Position numbers and translations under genes: made by a program. Under the pieces are notes generated by a model. The model was not told the DNA's origin. It made no database searches and saw only the letters and a list, made by a program, of their open reading frames with translations. A stretch of DNA of 64,000 bases, from contig OZ245033.1 in assembly GCA_965224025.1 (NCBI GenBank), positions 2,464,001-2,528,000 of the forward strand, given 5' to 3'. Of this stretch, positions 41,674 to 53,019 are shown piece after piece (within the stretch, counting starts at the first letter, position 1; each line of letters begins with the position of its first letter). The DNA comes from Candidatus Multivorans sp. (GTDB lineage: Bacteria; Acidobacteriota; Thermoanaerobaculia; Multivoradales; Multivoraceae).

Positions 41674-44093
41674 TCAGTCCGCCCGGGTGGGAACCAACTC
41701 GATCCGAGCCTCCGCGGCGTCGAGGATGGCGGGGCGCGTGTAGAGCAGGGGGAATGCCTCGTCGGCGGCCCAGGGCGCGAACAAATCCTTGTAGTGCGGG
41801 CTGCGGGGATCGCCGGACTGGCCCGGGTTGTTCATCGCCACCGAGGCGTCCCAGTTGCCGACGTCGATCACCATGCGGAAGGAGGCGCCGGATGTCTGGC
41901 GGAAATCGCCGCGGTAGCGCGTGTTGCCGACGGTGTCCCCGGAGCCGCCGCGGGGCGCGGGGCCGACGTTCGCGATCCGACCCAGTTGGATTCGCCATAG
42001 CGGGTGTTCGAGCTCGATCTGGTGCAGGTCACCCCAGCGCCAGGACGCGGGATCGGCGCCCAGGCGTCGGGCGACGTCGGCGTAGGCGGCGCCCAGGCTG
42101 GCCAGCAGCGCTTCGTCGCGGGCAGCCCGCCGCGGCTCGCCGAGCCTGGGGTCGGCCTCTTCGAGGATCCGAAGCAGGTTCTCGTCGTGGACGGGGACTG
42201 GCGCTTCGCCCGTCCCGAGCGCCGCGGCCATGCGTTTGCCGACCTCCACCTCGAGGTGTTCCCGCCACCAGACCTCGAACAGGGTGGCGGCCGCGCTGTT
42301 TGAGGTGAGCTCTCCGTTCCAGCCGGCGAGGAGCTTCAGCGCCGGTGCCGCCTCGGCATCGGCGGCTGCCGCCTGGTTGGTCCGCAGCAGCGCCAGCAGC
42401 CGGCGTGCGGGAATCGACACGTAGTCCGCTTGCAGGCGCACCGCGTCCTCGACGGTCATGGCCTCGGTTGCGGCCAGCACTTCGCCGATTCGCTGGCGCC
42501 GGTAGGGGGTCGCCCATTCCCAGCCCAGGGGTACGTCGTAGCCAGCCGGCAGGTTCATCTCGTTGGCCGTTGCCACCCAGCCGCGCTCCGGGTTGAACTC
42601 GACCGGCAGTTCGTCCATGTCCCGGAAGCCCCGCCACTCGTAGCGGCCGTCGCCGGGAACCGGCAACAGTCCGTCCCAGTTCGGCCGGATCGGCGCCAGA
42701 CCGCCCGGTTTCCAGCCTATGTTGCCGTGAATGTCGGCGTAGACCTGGTTCTCGGAGGGCGCCCCCCCAGCGGTTCATCGCCGCCAGGAACTGGTCCCAG
42801 TTCCGCGACCGGATGTACTCGATGGACCCCAGGTAGGGCGCCATGCCGGGTTCGAGCCATGCGGCCCTGAGCCCGATCGCGAGGTTTCGGTCGGGGTCCC
42901 GGTAGAGCACCGGCCCGTGATGCGTGAAGCGAAGTTCGACTGCCCGCCCGTCGCCGCCGCGTACAGCCACGGACTCTTTGAACACCTCCATCGGCAGCCA
43001 GTTGCCCCGGTACTCGTAGAAGTCCGGTTCGCCGGGCTTCGTGCGGTAGACGTAGGTGTCCTCCTGGTCGATGCTGAAGATCGTCAGGCCGAACGCGATC
43101 GTGCCGTTGTGGCCGATCGAAACCCCGGGCAGGGCCGGCTCGCCGGCCCCGATCACGTCGAGGTCCGGGGGAACGGAGATGGACGATGTAGCGGAGCGAG
43201 GGCACGGCCTGTGTGCGGTGCGGGTCGTTGGCGAGCAGGGGCCGGCCGGTGGACGTGAGCACGGGCGACACCGCCCAGTTGTTGCTGCCTTGCCCGGCAA
43301 GGTCCGGGTCCGCGGGCTCGCCGGTTTCGCCGATTCGCTGCAGCGCGGTCGCGACGGCTTTCTCGCCGTTTACCAATTCATCGAAACGGACGGAGCGCGT
43401 GGCCAATCCGTAGGTCGCCAGCGGGCCAGAGGAGTCCAACCACGAGGGGTCGAGACCATCCGGGACGACGAGATCGTGGGCCGGTTGGTAGTGGTCGCGG
43501 AGCTCGAGGGCGCCCGGTCCGTGCAGGGCGAGAAAGCGGGCGCGGTCTATTTCGCTGCGGGCGTTCCGCAGCAGTCCGTGGCTTCGGATCCGCGGCACGG
43601 CCTCCGGCGTCCAGTGCGAAGGTTCGTAGCCGAGCGCCTCGAACTCCGGCGGCATCAATTCGGGACGCTCCAGCACCAGGTCCACGTAGGCGTTCACTCC
43701 GCGCACCCAGGCCGTGACGATGCGCTTCGTGTCCGAGGCGTAGGCGAGCCACTCGGAGTGCATGTCGCCGCGGTAGAGGAAGAGCCGGGCGGCGCGATCC
43801 TGCTCGACGTAGTCCGGCCCGAAGACCTCGGAGAGCGTGCCCTCGCCGCGCCGCCGCCACAGGTCGATCTGCCACAGGCGGTCCCGGGCTGCGTTCCAGC
43901 CCTGGGCGAAGAACAGGTCGTCCTGGCCGCCGGCGAAGACGTGGGCGACACCCCAACGGTCGACCAGAATCTCGACCGGGGCTTCGAGGCCGGGAACCTC
44001 GAAGCGGGTCGTTTCGATCGCCGGCTGCGCTTCGGCCGCGCCGACGGCAAGCAGCAGGGGGATCGCGGTGACGATGCGCGCGCGTCTGAGCAT
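41674..44093 (-). CDS. Penicillin acylase family (S45 Ntn hydrolase), frameshifted near 43168 and 42765
   Basis: DRWGVAHV, DRLWQIDLWRR, GSNNWAV, LANDPH, ENQVYADIHGNIG and PGQSGDPRSPHY; both shifts fall in homopolymer runs. Confidence 0.9.
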
Positions 44094-44217
44094 GGATGAG
44101 CCGGGACGATACCAACGGCGACGGTGCTCTCGCCGGCCCCCTGCTCGCCCCGGATGCTGCACCTGGCGGTGGGCGGTGGAGCGGCGATTCTCGACTAAGC
44201 TCTTCCGGATGTTCCGC

Positions 44218-46167
44218 ATGCAACGAGAGCGCCGGTGCGTTGTGATCGCGCCCTCGCTCCTGATCGTCGCCGCCGGGCTGATCGCTCAAGAGGCGGAGGA
44301 CGCGAAGGCAAAGCAGGAGAACCAACCTCCGACCGCGACTTACTACGAGACCGCCACTGTCAGGGCGCGTGCCCTCGACACGGCGACTGCTTCAGTGCAG
44401 GTGATCGAGCGCGGCGACCTTGCCGATCTGGCTGCGGGCGATGCGTCCGAGGCGTTGCGCCTGGTGCCTGGGGCCTTCATTCTCGGCAACGACTCGAGCG
44501 CCGCGGTCGCCGGTGCGTCGCTCCGGGGCGGCGACGCGAACTTCACCCTGGTGCTGATCGACGGGGTGCCGGTCAACGACAGCACGGACCAGTACGGCGG
44601 CGCCTTTCCGCTTGGCAGCATCGGCGCGGCGGAGGTCGAGCGGCTGGAGGTCGTGCGCGGCCCGCTGTCGTCCTTCTACGGCTCGAGTTCGCTCGGCGGG
44701 GCGGTGCAGGTGATCACCACCGCGCCGCGCAGCTCGGCGCCGTTCGTGGGTTGGAACGCCGACGCCGGCAGCCAGGAGCATCGAAGCGGCCGCCTCTCGT
44801 GGGGCCGTGCGGGCGAGTCCTCGGCCGGCGGGTTCGGCGCCGCGGTCCGGGAAGAGCAAGGCCGGGTTGGGGACGATCGTCTGGAGCAGAGGTCTCTGAG
44901 CGGCCGCTGGCAGCGCCAACTGGGATCGGCGTCGGCGTTCCGGTTTTCGGCCCGGACGGCCGGCTGGCGGGCCGACGACTACCCGGACGGTTCCGGCGGC
45001 CCGCTGTTTGGCGGCGGCGAACTGCGTTCCTCGGACCACCGCGAGTACGGTGTGGCGGCCACTCTCGATCTCGGTGGCGGGGAGCGCTTCAGTCAGTACC
45101 TGCGATCGACCTGGTACCGGCACTCGATGGAGCGGGACAGTCCGGCAATCGGATTCCAGGTGCCGCCGTGGACCGAGGATACGAGCTTTCAGGATCTTCG
45201 TCTGGCCTGGACCGGAACGCTCGCACCCGAAGGCGGTGGGTCCGAGCTCAGCTTCGGCGCCGAGGCGTTGACCGAGGAGGGGCGAAACAACAGTCTGCTG
45301 CTGTTGCCGGCCTTCTTCGGCGGGCCGCTCGACGGTGACTACGCGATCGACCGGAACCGCGTCGGCCTGTTCGGAGACTGGCGCCGGTCCATGGGCAACC
45401 TGGTGGCTGAACTCGGCGTGCGCGCGGACGTGCTCAAGGGTCGGGGCGCCGGCGGCGGGCGCGAGGAAGTGAGCCCGCGCTTCGGTCTTCGCTACGCGCC
45501 GGACGGCGGCCGCTGGTCGCTTCGCGCTTCGGCCGGCCGGGCCTTCAAGTTGCCGAGCTTCTTCGCACTGGCGTCTCCGCGGGCCATCGGCGGCAATCCG
45601 GATCTCGACGCGGAGACCAGCGTCGGCGCCGACTTCGGCTTCGAGGCCCGTTCCGCGGACGGCTCGCTCAGGTGTAACCTGACGGCCTTCGCGAACCGCT
45701 TCGAGGGCCTGATCGACTTCGACTTCGAGGCCTTCCTGAACGTCAACCGGAACAAGGTGGACGCCGAGGGGCTCGAAGGACTCCTGGTGTGGCGCCCTTC
45801 GCCCCGGGTCATGCTCGATGTCGCCTTGACGGTGCAGGACACCGAGGATCGCGCCACGGGTAGGCCGCTGCGGCGCCGGCCGGATCTCTACGGCGGCGTC
45901 GGACTCCGCGTGGACCTGAGCGAGGCGGTGCGGCTCGGCCTGGAGGCCAGACACGCCGGCAGCTATCTCGACGAGCAGATTCCGGCGCCCTGGCGGACCG
46001 AGGTCGACGGGCGGACGCTGGCCGGATTGACGCTGGCGTGGCGGGCCGCCGAGCGCTGGCGGGTCACGATGCGGGCGGACAATGCGCTCGACGAGTCGTA
46101 CGAGACCCAGGTCGGTTTCCCCGGTCCCGAGCGCTCGGTCCGCGTCGGCGTGCGGTATGGGTACTAG
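44218..46167 (+). CDS. TonB-dependent receptor (BtuB-like)
   Basis: SLRGG, LVLIDGVPVND, ERLEVVRGPLSSFYGS, GNPDLDAE and C-terminal RYGY. Confidence 0.9.
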   Translation: MQRERRCVVIAPSLLIVAAGLIAQEAEDAKAKQENQPPTATYYETATVRARALDTATASVQVIERGDLADLAAGDASEALRLVPGAFILGNDSSAAVAGASLRGGDANFTLVLIDGVPVNDSTDQYGGAFPLGSIGAAEVERLEVVRGPLSSFYGSSSLGGAVQVITTAPRSSAPFVGWNADAGSQEHRSGRLSWGRAGESSAGGFGAAVREEQGRVGDDRLEQRSLSGRWQRQLGSASAFRFSARTAGWRADDYPDGSGGPLFGGGELRSSDHREYGVAATLDLGGGERFSQYLRSTWYRHSMERDSPAIGFQVPPWTEDTSFQDLRLAWTGTLAPEGGGSELSFGAEALTEEGRNNSLLLLPAFFGGPLDGDYAIDRNRVGLFGDWRRSMGNLVAELGVRADVLKGRGAGGGREEVSPRFGLRYAPDGGRWSLRASAGRAFKLPSFFALASPRAIGGNPDLDAETSVGADFGFEARSADGSLRCNLTAFANRFEGLIDFDFEAFLNVNRNKVDAEGLEGLLVWRPSPRVMLDVALTVQDTEDRATGRPLRRRPDLYGGVGLRVDLSEAVRLGLEARHAGSYLDEQIPAPWRTEVDGRTLAGLTLAWRAAERWRVTMRADNALDESYETQVGFPGPERSVRVGVRYGY

Positions 46168-46191
46168 GAATCCCTTAAGGAGGGTGGATCG

Positions 46192-46965
46192 ATGAGATGG
46201 ATGGCATCGCTTGCGTTGGTGGCCGCGATACTCAGTTTCGGTTGCAGGATTTCTGTAGGCAGTGGCGACTCGGCTTCGGAGACGGAGGCGGCGGCGGCCG
46301 AGCCGGTTGCGGAGGTCAACCAGCTCAGTGCCGAGGAAGCGGAGGCGGGCTACATCCTGCTGTTCGACGGCGCGTCGCTGGAGCACTGGCGGGGCTTCAA
46401 GCTCGACGACGTGCCGGCGGGTTGGGCGGTGGCCGAGGGCGTGATCCACTTCGTGCCGCCCGAGGGAGACGACGCCGGCCCGCGGGCCGACCTGATAACC
46501 CGCGAGCAGTACCGGTCATTCGAGTTCCGTTTTGACTGGGCCGTAACACCGGGTGGAAATAGCGGCGTGATGTTCCACGTTGCCGAAGACGCCCCCGCGG
46601 CCTACTCGACGGGCCCCGAGTTCCAGATCCTGGACGACGGCGGGCACCGGGACGGTCAGCGCATGGAAACCTCGGCAGCTTCGAACTACGCCCTCCACGC
46701 CCGCCAGGGCGGCGAGCTTGTGCCGCTGGGTGAGTTCAACGCCAGCGCGCTGCGGGTCGAGGGTGCTGTCGTTTCACACTGGCTGAACGGCGAGAAGGTG
46801 GTCGAGTACACGCTCTGGGACGAGGAGTGGAAAGAACTCGTCGCGGCCAGCAAGTTCGCCTCGATGCCCGGCTACGGGATGATGGAAACCGGCCACATCG
46901 CCCTCCAGGACCACGGCAACGAGATCTGGTTCCGCAACCTGCGCATCCTCGTCCTGCCCGACTGA
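46192..46965 (+). CDS. DUF1080 (3-keto-disaccharide hydrolase-like) lipoprotein
   Basis: LLFDG, GNSGV, GPEFQILD and GHIALQDHGNEIWFRNLRI. Confidence 0.92.
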   Translation: MRWMASLALVAAILSFGCRISVGSGDSASETEAAAAEPVAEVNQLSAEEAEAGYILLFDGASLEHWRGFKLDDVPAGWAVAEGVIHFVPPEGDDAGPRADLITREQYRSFEFRFDWAVTPGGNSGVMFHVAEDAPAAYSTGPEFQILDDGGHRDGQRMETSAASNYALHARQGGELVPLGEFNASALRVEGAVVSHWLNGEKVVEYTLWDEEWKELVAASKFASMPGYGMMETGHIALQDHGNEIWFRNLRILVLPD

Positions 46966-48941
46966 TGGACGATCCAGGCGGGGCGGCCGGCCTGCAGTGG
47001 TTCAAGGTCGCCGAACCGGATGAGCTGCCCGAGAACCGCGTCAAGACGGTGGCGGCCGGCAGCCGTTCGATCTGCCTGACCCACTACGACGGTCAGTACG
47101 GCGCGCTGGACAACCGCTGCCCGCACCAGGGCGGCCCCCTCGGCGAGGGGTCGATCGAGAACGGTTGGCTGCGCTGTCCGTGGCACGGCTGGGACTACTG
47201 CCCGCTCAGCGGCAAGTCGCCGGCTGGGTACGGCGAGAAGGCGCCGACCTATGCGATCGATGTGCGGGACGACGGCGTCTACGTCGGTGTCGAACCGGAG
47301 GTCGAGCGTGAGCGGACGGTCAGCGACGCAATGGTCGAGACCTTCGTCAACTGGGGCGTCACCCACGTCTTCGGCATGGTCGGCCACTCGAACCTCGGTC
47401 TTGCCGATGCGATTCGCAACCAGTGCGAGGCCGGCGCGCTCCAGTACGTCGGCGTCCGGCACGAGGGCGCCGCGGCGTTCGCGGCTTCGGCCTACGGCAA
47501 GCTCACCGGCCGGCCGGCGGCGTGTCTGACGATCGCCGGGCCCGGCGCGACGAACCTGCTCACCGGAATGTGGGACGCGCGGATGGATCGCTCCCCGATC
47601 CTGGCGCTCACCGGCCAGGTCGACACCCAGGTGCTGGGGCCGGGCGCCTTCCAGGAGGTCGACCTCTCCGCCGCCTTCGCGGGCGTCGCGGCGATGAGCC
47701 ACGCCGTCTACCGCGACAGCCGCCACGTGGAACTCGCGAACCTGGCGTGCAAGAACGCGATCCTCAAGCGGGACGTGGCGCACCTGATCTTTCCCGACGA
47801 GGTGCAGACCTTGCCCTCCGACGCTTCGGCCGGGTCTCCCGAGGGCCGGCTGACGCCCTCGGAGATCACGCCGCCTCCCGAGGCCGTCGAGCGGGCGCTG
47901 GCCCTGATCCGCGGCGCGCGCCGGCCGGTGATCGTCGTCGGCCACGGCGCCCGATTCCAGATGGACGGCGTGACCGCGCTCGCCGAATGGCTGAACGCGC
48001 CGGTGGTGACGACCTTCAAGGCGAAGGGCCTGATTTCCGACGATCATCCGCTGGGCTGCGGCGTGCTCGGCCGGAGCGGCACGCCGGTCGCGAGCTGGTT
48101 CATGAACGAGAGCGACCTGCTCATCGTGTTCGGCGCCTCGTTCTCGAATCACACCGGAATCACGACCTACAAGCCGCTCATTCAGGTCGACTTCGAGGCC
48201 ATGGCGCTGGGCAAGTTCCACGCCGTGGACGTGCCGGTCTGGGGTGAGATCGGCGTCACCGCGCGTTTGTTCGCGGAGGCGCTGGAGCAGGGCGGGGTCG
48301 AGACCGTCGATCAGCGGCCGGAAGTGGCCGCCCGCTGGCGGATCTGGCGCGAGGAAAAGGAGCGCCGCCTGGACGACATCGGCGAGGCGGGCATCAGCTC
48401 CGCGGCCGCCTTCGCGGCGCTGAACAGGTGCATACCCGAGGACGCGATCATTGCCGTCGACGTCGGCAACAACACGTACTCGTTCGGCCGCTACTTCGAG
48501 TGCCGCCGGCAGGCCGTGCTGATGTCGGGTTATCTCGGATCGATCGGTTTCGGCTATCCGGCCGCGATGGGCGCCTGGGCGGCGACCCGGACGGACGACC
48601 CGCGCTTTGCCGGCCGCCCGGTGGTGGCGATTACCGGCGACGGCGGCTTCGGTCAGTACCTGGGCGAGGTCGCGACCGCCGTCCACCACCGGATGAACAT
48701 CACTCACGTGCTGCTGAACAACAGCGAGCTCGGCAAGATCTCGAAGGAGCAGCGGGCGATCGAGTTGCCGGTGTGGATGACCGCACTGACGAACCCGAAC
48801 TTCGCCGACTTCGTGACCAGTTGCGGCGGCCTCGGCATCCGCGTCGAGGACGCGGCCGATCTCGACGGCGCCCTGCGGCGCGCGCTCGACTACGACGGAC
48901 CGGCAACGGTCGAGATCGTGGCCGATCCGCTGCTGGTGTGA
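46965..48941 (+). CDS. Rieske-ferredoxin domain fused to a pyruvate-oxidase-like ThDP enzyme
   Basis: CPHQGGPL..CPWHGW; VRHEGAAAF; GPGATN; GDGG..NN. Confidence 0.9.
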   Translation: MDDPGGAAGLQWFKVAEPDELPENRVKTVAAGSRSICLTHYDGQYGALDNRCPHQGGPLGEGSIENGWLRCPWHGWDYCPLSGKSPAGYGEKAPTYAIDVRDDGVYVGVEPEVERERTVSDAMVETFVNWGVTHVFGMVGHSNLGLADAIRNQCEAGALQYVGVRHEGAAAFAASAYGKLTGRPAACLTIAGPGATNLLTGMWDARMDRSPILALTGQVDTQVLGPGAFQEVDLSAAFAGVAAMSHAVYRDSRHVELANLACKNAILKRDVAHLIFPDEVQTLPSDASAGSPEGRLTPSEITPPPEAVERALALIRGARRPVIVVGHGARFQMDGVTALAEWLNAPVVTTFKAKGLISDDHPLGCGVLGRSGTPVASWFMNESDLLIVFGASFSNHTGITTYKPLIQVDFEAMALGKFHAVDVPVWGEIGVTARLFAEALEQGGVETVDQRPEVAARWRIWREEKERRLDDIGEAGISSAAAFAALNRCIPEDAIIAVDVGNNTYSFGRYFECRRQAVLMSGYLGSIGFGYPAAMGAWAATRTDDPRFAGRPVVAITGDGGFGQYLGEVATAVHHRMNITHVLLNNSELGKISKEQRAIELPVWMTALTNPNFADFVTSCGGLGIRVEDAADLDGALRRALDYDGPATVEIVADPLLV

Positions 48942-48975
48942 GTTCAGGGACGCCCGTGGGCTATCCTGCCCACCG

Positions 48976-49722
48976 GTGACGATCGACGGCCAGGAGGATC
49001 TGGAGGGTCTCCGCCGGGCAGGTCGAGTGGCGGCCCGGTGCCTGGCGAGGATGGGCGAATGCGTCGAGCCGGGCATGACGACGCTTGAGCTGGACCGGAT
49101 CGGCCGGGAGTTCATGGAGAGTCGGGGATCGCGCTCGGCGCCCGAACTGAGCTACGACTTCCCGGCCGCCACCTGCATCAGCGTCAACGAGGAGGTCGCG
49201 CACGGCATTGCCGGCAAGCGTCGGATCGAGGCCGGCGACCTGGTCCACATCGACGTCTCTCTCGAGCTGGACGGGTACTTCAGCGACACCGGCGCGGCTT
49301 TCCCGATTGCGCCGGTGAGCGAGGAACGGCGGCGCATGATCTCCGCCACCCGGCGGGCGCTGCGGGCCGCGATGCAGCAGACCCGCCACGGCCGCCGGCT
49401 GCGCAACATCGGCCGGGCGATCGAGGACACCGCGACCAGGGCGGGTTTCGGATTGATCCGCAACCTGGGCTCGCACGGCATCGGCCGCTCGCTGCACGAG
49501 GAGCCGAAGTTCGTGCCCGGCTTCGACGACCCGAACGATGACCGCTTCCTGCACGATGGGCTCGTGCTGACGATCGAGCCGTTCCTGACCAACGGCCGCG
49601 AGCAGGCGCTGACCGCCAAGGACGGCTGGACGCTCCTCAACGAGCCCGGCACGACAACGATCCAGTTCGAGCACACGATCGTCGTCACCCGCAAGAAGCC
49701 CCTGGTGATGACGCTGCCGTAG
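48976..49722 (+). CDS. map: Methionine aminopeptidase type I
   Basis: CISVNEEVAHGI, DVS..DGYFSD, HGIGRSLHE, TIEPF and QFEHT. Confidence 0.93.
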   Translation: MTIDGQEDLEGLRRAGRVAARCLARMGECVEPGMTTLELDRIGREFMESRGSRSAPELSYDFPAATCISVNEEVAHGIAGKRRIEAGDLVHIDVSLELDGYFSDTGAAFPIAPVSEERRRMISATRRALRAAMQQTRHGRRLRNIGRAIEDTATRAGFGLIRNLGSHGIGRSLHEEPKFVPGFDDPNDDRFLHDGLVLTIEPFLTNGREQALTAKDGWTLLNEPGTTTIQFEHTIVVTRKKPLVMTLP

Positions 49723-49877
49723 GGGAGGGGACTGGCCGGGAGTTCTTGAGGTTAGGCCGCCGCCTCCTTGGGAACGCGGGCATTTTGGCCCACATCCGTA
49801 CGGCGAAGGGACCGGCTGAGCGGCGCGTTGCATCCATCATCCCTGCTTATCCAAAGTTGCGCTTATAATCCGCAAGG

Positions 49878-51071
49878 ATGAGGAGAGATCAAGTCCTTCC
49901 GAGGCGGGCACATGGAGCCGTGACCGCCGCGCTCGGTCGGCAGGCGGCCGTTGGGCTGATCGGGCCGCGTCAGGTCGGCAAGACCACGCTGGCCTTGCAG
50001 ATCGCGGATAGCCGGAACGCGCTGTACCTCGACCTGGAATCCAGCACCGACCGGGCGAAGCTGGCCGATCCGAATCTGTTCCTGGGCGAGTACGAGGACC
50101 GTCTCGTCGTGCTCGACGAGATCCACCGGGCGCCGGAACTCTACAGCGACCTGCGGGGCCTGATCGATCGCGGTCGCCGGCGCGGCAGGCGCAGTGGCCG
50201 CTTTCTCATTCTCGGCTCGGCGTCGATCGACCTGCTCCGTCAATCGGGGGAGAGTCTCGCGGGTCGGATCGAGTACGTCGAGCTCAATCCGCTCGATGTG
50301 CTTGAGATCGCGGCTCAGGAAGTGCCCTTGAGTGCTCTGTGGCAACGGGGAGGACTGCCGGACAGTCTGCTCGCGGCAAGCGACAAGGACAGCTTGGCGT
50401 TTCGGCAGAGCTTCGTACGCACCTATCTCCATCGCGATGTACTCGACCTGACCGGGCGGCGTCTTCCGGCCGAGACTCTGGAGCGCCTGTGGACCATGCT
50501 GGCGCACAGCCAGGGCACGTTGCTCAACGCGTCGAAACTGGCCGCGAGCCTTGCGGTCAGCGCGCCGACGGTTACGACCTACATCGATCTGCTGGTCGAT
50601 CTGATGCTGGTGCGCCGGCTGCCGCCGGTGAGGGCGAACGTCGCCAAGCGGGTCGTCAAGTCGCCCAAGGTCTACGTCAGGGACAGCGGCCTGGTGCACG
50701 CACTGCTCGGCATCGCCGACTACAACGCGCTTGCGGGGCATCCCGTCGTCGGAGCGAGCTGGGAGGGTTTTGTGGTGCAGAACCTTCTGAGCGCGGCCCC
50801 GACCGGTACCCGGGCGGGGTTCTACCGTACCCGCGCCGGCGCTGAGATCGACCTGGTGCTGGAACTGCCGGGCGAGCACGGTCCGTGGGCGGTCGAGATC
50901 AAGCGCGGCTCGGCGCCCCGGCCAAGCCGCGGTCTACACAGTGCCCGAGAGGATCTGAGGCCAAGCCGCACCTTCCTTGTCGGCGCCGGCGCGGACCGTT
51001 ACCCGGTAGCGGACGGGGTCGAAGTGATCGGCCTTTCCGAGTTGGCCGCGGTGGTGGGCGGCAGGGAGTAG
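49878..51071 (+). CDS. AAA+ ATPase (AAA_14 plus DUF4143)
   Basis: GPRQVGKTT, LDEIH, ESLAGR, KSPKVYVRDSG and EIDL..EIK. Confidence 0.9.
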   Translation: MRRDQVLPRRAHGAVTAALGRQAAVGLIGPRQVGKTTLALQIADSRNALYLDLESSTDRAKLADPNLFLGEYEDRLVVLDEIHRAPELYSDLRGLIDRGRRRGRRSGRFLILGSASIDLLRQSGESLAGRIEYVELNPLDVLEIAAQEVPLSALWQRGGLPDSLLAASDKDSLAFRQSFVRTYLHRDVLDLTGRRLPAETLERLWTMLAHSQGTLLNASKLAASLAVSAPTVTTYIDLLVDLMLVRRLPPVRANVAKRVVKSPKVYVRDSGLVHALLGIADYNALAGHPVVGASWEGFVVQNLLSAAPTGTRAGFYRTRAGAEIDLVLELPGEHGPWAVEIKRGSAPRPSRGLHSAREDLRPSRTFLVGAGADRYPVADGVEVIGLSELAAVVGGRE

Positions 51072-51101
51072 CCGGATGGCGCCGCAGGCTGGCAAGGCGG
51101 A

Positions 51102-52976
51102 ATGAAGACGATGACGCGGTTCGGCGGGAACCACCCTGGCGGGAACATCGGGGCTTTCGGGGCGGCTTTCGCCGTTCTCTGTGGTTCCGCCCTGTCCGCC
51201 CAGGAACCGGCGCCTTCCTCCGAACCGGGGCTGGCGGAGGAACTTGCCTACGTCGTCCTGCAGGCGGTGGTCTACCGCCAGGCCTCCGCGAAGGTGACGC
51301 TCCTGGCCAAGAACGCGGAGGGCGTCGAGCAGGAACTGCCCGTGACCAGCGATGAGTACTACGAGGTGTACCTGTTCGAGCCGGGTCCGTGGTGGGTACG
51401 GCCGGCGCCGGCCAGCGGCTTCTGGGGCCGCGAGACCCTGATCGATCCCGATGCGGCGAGGAGCGGCGGGATCGCCTCGGTCCAGGACGAAGCGGAGGTG
51501 CAACCCGAGGTCGTTCCGGTGTTCGAGATCCCGGCCTACCCCGCGGCGACGGCCAGCGGCCGCGTGGTGGGCGCCTCGCGTCCGGGTGGCACGCTTCGGA
51601 TCGTGCTTGGCGATGTGGATCCGGAGAACACGGACCCGCGGTTCCACGTCCAGCGCGTGGTGGTCAGGTGCCCGGTGGCGGGCGACGGACGCTGGTCGTG
51701 CGAGTTGCCGGCCGCCCTCGTTCACCTCGTGTTCTGGCGGCCCGGGCACTCTCCAGACTACCGGTGGAACGTTCCCCTGCACGATCGGCGGCAGCTCGCC
51801 CTGGGCGATCAGACGCTCGTTCCCGGAGCGAGTCTCGCGGGTTTCGTGGCCGCGGGCCCCGACTTCCAGGGCTTCGTCGACCGCTGTGTCGTTCACGTCG
51901 CACCGGGCGACCCCGGCCTGTGGAGGTCCAGTCTCGAGCCGGTGTTGACGACCGTCGACGTGAGCCGCGACGGCTTCTTCCAGGCGGCGGGCCTGGGCGT
52001 CGGCAGACGCTGGATTCAGGTTGACTGCGACGGCCGGGTTGCGGCGCGGGCGGGACCGTACGAACTGGCCGAGAACGCCGAGACCTTCCCGCGCAAGCGG
52101 GTGCTGCTGGCGCGGAGCCGCCTCCTGGACGTTTTCGTGCAGCCCGCCGATCCGCCCTACGGCAGCCATTGGGTAGCCCTGCTCAAGCAGATCAGGGAGG
52201 ACGATTCGCCGGAGTTCCGGTCCCGCTACGTGAAGAGGGAGTATCCCCAGCAGACAGCCGTCGTCGAGAACGGCCACGCCCGGTTCCACGTCCCCGGCGA
52301 CGGCGCCTTCTCGGTGGAGATCCAGGACGCAATTGGTGGGCGATTCGGCGAGCTGGACTATCTCGAAGTTGTCGTCGACCGGTCCGCGGTTGTCGAACTG
52401 GAGCTGGTGCCCGTCGTTGGCCGGGTGACGCTGGACGGGGTCCCGCTGGCGGGCTACGTGTTCTTCGGCGGGCGCGGCGCGTCGCCGGAGTTGTTCTTCA
52501 AGGTCGCGGAGGATGGGTGGTTCCGGGGTGCGTTGCCCGAGCGGGAGGACTGGCGGGTCGACGTGGCGTCGCCGGCACACGATGTGATGCAGTCGTTCCA
52601 CGACGTCGATGTGCCGGTGAACGAACCCCTGACGCTGGAACTCGCCGACACCGTGGTCCATGGCCGCGTCGTCTTCGCGGAGACCGGTGAACCGGCGGCC
52701 GGCGCGGTCGTTCGCTTCGAAACGACGGACGACCGGATCGTGCATCAGGCCCGCGCCGGCGAGGACGGCGGATTCTCAGCCCGCGGCGTACCTGTCGGCT
52801 GGATCCGCATCTCCGCCTATCCACGGGGTTTGGGCGGACAGTTGGCGAAGGTCTCCGTCGAGGCGGTAGTAAGTTCGTCTGCACCGCTGAACGTGACCCT
52901 GCGGTTGCCGAAACTGGATCTGGAGTCGTTGCGGCCGGGAGCGGCGGCGCCGGTCCGCCGGAACGTCCGGCAGTAG
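51102..52976 (+). CDS. Secreted carboxypeptidase-regulatory-like domain protein
   Basis: Signal peptide; repeated GRV...G.P..GA.V and DG.F beta-sandwich motifs. Confidence 0.65.
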   Translation: MKTMTRFGGNHPGGNIGAFGAAFAVLCGSALSAQEPAPSSEPGLAEELAYVVLQAVVYRQASAKVTLLAKNAEGVEQELPVTSDEYYEVYLFEPGPWWVRPAPASGFWGRETLIDPDAARSGGIASVQDEAEVQPEVVPVFEIPAYPAATASGRVVGASRPGGTLRIVLGDVDPENTDPRFHVQRVVVRCPVAGDGRWSCELPAALVHLVFWRPGHSPDYRWNVPLHDRRQLALGDQTLVPGASLAGFVAAGPDFQGFVDRCVVHVAPGDPGLWRSSLEPVLTTVDVSRDGFFQAAGLGVGRRWIQVDCDGRVAARAGPYELAENAETFPRKRVLLARSRLLDVFVQPADPPYGSHWVALLKQIREDDSPEFRSRYVKREYPQQTAVVENGHARFHVPGDGAFSVEIQDAIGGRFGELDYLEVVVDRSAVVELELVPVVGRVTLDGVPLAGYVFFGGRGASPELFFKVAEDGWFRGALPEREDWRVDVASPAHDVMQSFHDVDVPVNEPLTLELADTVVHGRVVFAETGEPAAGAVVRFETTDDRIVHQARAGEDGGFSARGVPVGWIRISAYPRGLGGQLAKVSVEAVVSSSAPLNVTLRLPKLDLESLRPGAAAPVRRNVRQ

Positions 52977-53019
52977 CTCGCCTAGCGGGGCCGTTCGGCC
53001 GGTGGTACCCTGCGCCGCC

